Part shown: piece after piece, positions 35,457 to 36,454 of the stretch | How positions within the stretch are numbered: position 1 is the first letter of the stretch | Layout: every line of letters starts with the position of its first letter | Origin: a virus | Taxonomy: Duplodnaviria; Caudoviricetes | DNA length: 36,454 bases | IMG/VR virus record: IMGVR_UViG_3300028396_000019 | Coordinates: 1 to 36,454 of that record | Direction: 5' to 3' (one strand) | The notes under the pieces: generated by a model | Told to the model about the DNA's origin: nothing | Database searches by the model: none | Seen by the model: only the letters and a program-made list of their open reading frames with translations | Made by a program: the position numbers and the translations under genes

Positions 35457-36454
35457 TTATAATGTTCTTATTAATGTTTTTATTATCCAGTCATTAGTGT
35501 TTGTTGAAGCTCTTAACCTCATGCTACTACCTGATAGGTCTACACTCAATGTTACTCCTGAGGTATCACCTATATCTTTAGTAGAATTATCTGTAAATTC
35601 TATTGATCCATCTACCGATATTGCCATGACTGTTCCTACTCTAGCATTAGATCCGCTTACGCATGTATAGTCAAAGAATGCTCCTGTATATTCACCGGTA
35701 TTTACTGTAGCTATCGTTTCTGTTGCTGCAGAATCTACATCTACATTTTCTTGATAAGTTATGTTGGCAGACTTAATTTTTAAATCGCCATCTATAGACA
35801 CTTCTCCATTTGCTTCAACTTCAAAAATAGGTACACCTGATATATCTGAGACTGCAAAAAGTGTTCCTGTAAGGTCGTCTGTTATAGAGAATAATTGTCC
35901 TTGAGATCCTTGTATGTCTAATACTGTAGAGCCAGACCCATAGACTTCTAGTTTACTACTAGGAGTAGTCGTACCTATACCGACGTTACCATCAGTATCT
36001 AGAACCATTTTAGTAGTTAGTGTTGAAGATGTTGTATTGTAAGTTTGAAAACCAAGTTTATAGCTTCCTTCATTCTTAATTGCAATATCCCCGCTATTCC
36101 ACCTAATGTATCCTCCTGTGCCAGATATATTTACATTCCCAGCAACATCTAGTTTATAAGTAGGGTTAGTTGTGCCTATACCTACGTTACCTGTAGAATT
36201 AATACGCATAGCTTCAGACCTATTCGTTTCAAAACGCATACTGTTGTTACTGTGTTGGTATTTTATTCTACCAGCATCATTGTTATTATTATCTGCAAAG
36301 AAAATACCTGCTGTGTTTGAAGCTCCGGTTACAATAGTTAACCCGTGGTCTCCTGTTGTAGTTTTACCTATAGTTAAATCACTAGCCGCTGCGTTTGATG
36401 GGTAATTACTGTTGATATATACATCTCCATTTACATCAAGTTTAGCTCCAGGAC
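35457..36454 (-). CDS. Tail/virion fibre protein, C-terminal part (starts beyond the right edge)
   Basis: Frame is open upstream of 36239 to the edge (PGAKLDVNGDVYINSNYPS...GRIKYQHSNNS-MRFET); GNVGIGTT.P..KL.V repeats. Confidence 0.88.
   Translation of the reverse strand, partial: PGAKLDVNGDVYINSNYPSNAAASDLTIGKTTTGDHGLTIVTGASNTAGIFFADNNNNDAGRIKYQHSNNSMRFETNRSEAMRINSTGNVGIGTTNPTYKLDVAGNVNISGTGGYIRWNSGDIAIKNEGSYKLGFQTYNTTSSTLTTKMVLDTDGNVGIGTTTPSSKLEVYGSGSTVLDIQGSQGQLFSITDDLTGTLFAVSDISGVPIFEVEANGEVSIDGDLKIKSANITYQENVDVDSAATETIATVNTGEYTGAFFDYTCVSGSNARVGTVMAISVDGSIEFTDNSTKDIGDTSGVTLSVDLSGSSMRLRASTNTNDWIIKTLIRTL
35805..35936 (-). repeat. Second copy of shared fibre module
   Basis: SGSTVLDIQGSQGQLFSITDDL.G.LF.VSDISGVPIF.V.A.G in both genes. 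Confidence 0.9.

Noticed and set aside
20719-35936. Diversity-generating retroelement behind the fibre/LamG repeats
   Set aside because: Repeat differences are mostly synonymous and not adenine-specific, all copies are in-frame coding, and no reverse transcriptase is in the window.
35457-36239. Met at 36239 as the start of a 260-aa gene
   Set aside because: The frame stays open and fibre-like to the window edge, so the true start lies outside.
4531-36405. All plus-strand ORFs in the track (e.g. 8701-9228, 15018-15554, 13980-14288)
   Set aside because: Each lies antisense to a well-supported minus-strand gene and has the Ser/Leu/Pro-rich composition of shadow frames, with no motifs.
1-36454. 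Stop-codon reassignment
   Set aside because: Genes are full length under the standard code; TAG (7418, 16908) and TGA (16052, 32319) end genes at plausible C-termini.
1-36454. tRNA, rRNA, CRISPR array or IS element
   Set aside because: Intergenic gaps are under ~150 nt and show no cloverleaf, repeat-spacer periodicity or transposase by eye; a covariance-model scan was not run.

Overview
An AT-rich segment of a large contractile-tailed (T4-like architecture) dsDNA phage, with every credible gene on the minus strand. In transcription order (right to left) it holds: (i) a ~17 kb fibre/receptor-binding region with three long fibre genes (one cut by the window edge, one ending in a peptidase-S74 chaperone), a G8/beta-helix protein, three LamG paralogues and a SAM-dependent transferase; (ii) the tail core: sheath, tube, a gp26/gp51-like pair overlapping across a T7 run, tape measure, baseplate proteins and a hub with a C-terminal M15-type peptidase; (iii) a replication/recombination module: an unusually small family-A polymerase, gp32-like SSB, UvsX/RecA, 5'-3' exonuclease, DnaB-like helicase, nrdB and the start of nrdA. 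Two recurrent intergenic motifs are visible: TTG-N19/20-TATATT (Bacteroidota-type promoter geometry) and sense-strand TATTTATA, the reverse complement of the T4 late promoter. A Bacteroidota host is inferred, not shown. The best leads are the apparently thumb-less PolA with a substituted steric gate, the probable +1/-2 tail-chaperone frameshift and the inverted late-promoter motif. All product calls rest on motif recognition by eye; no searches were run.
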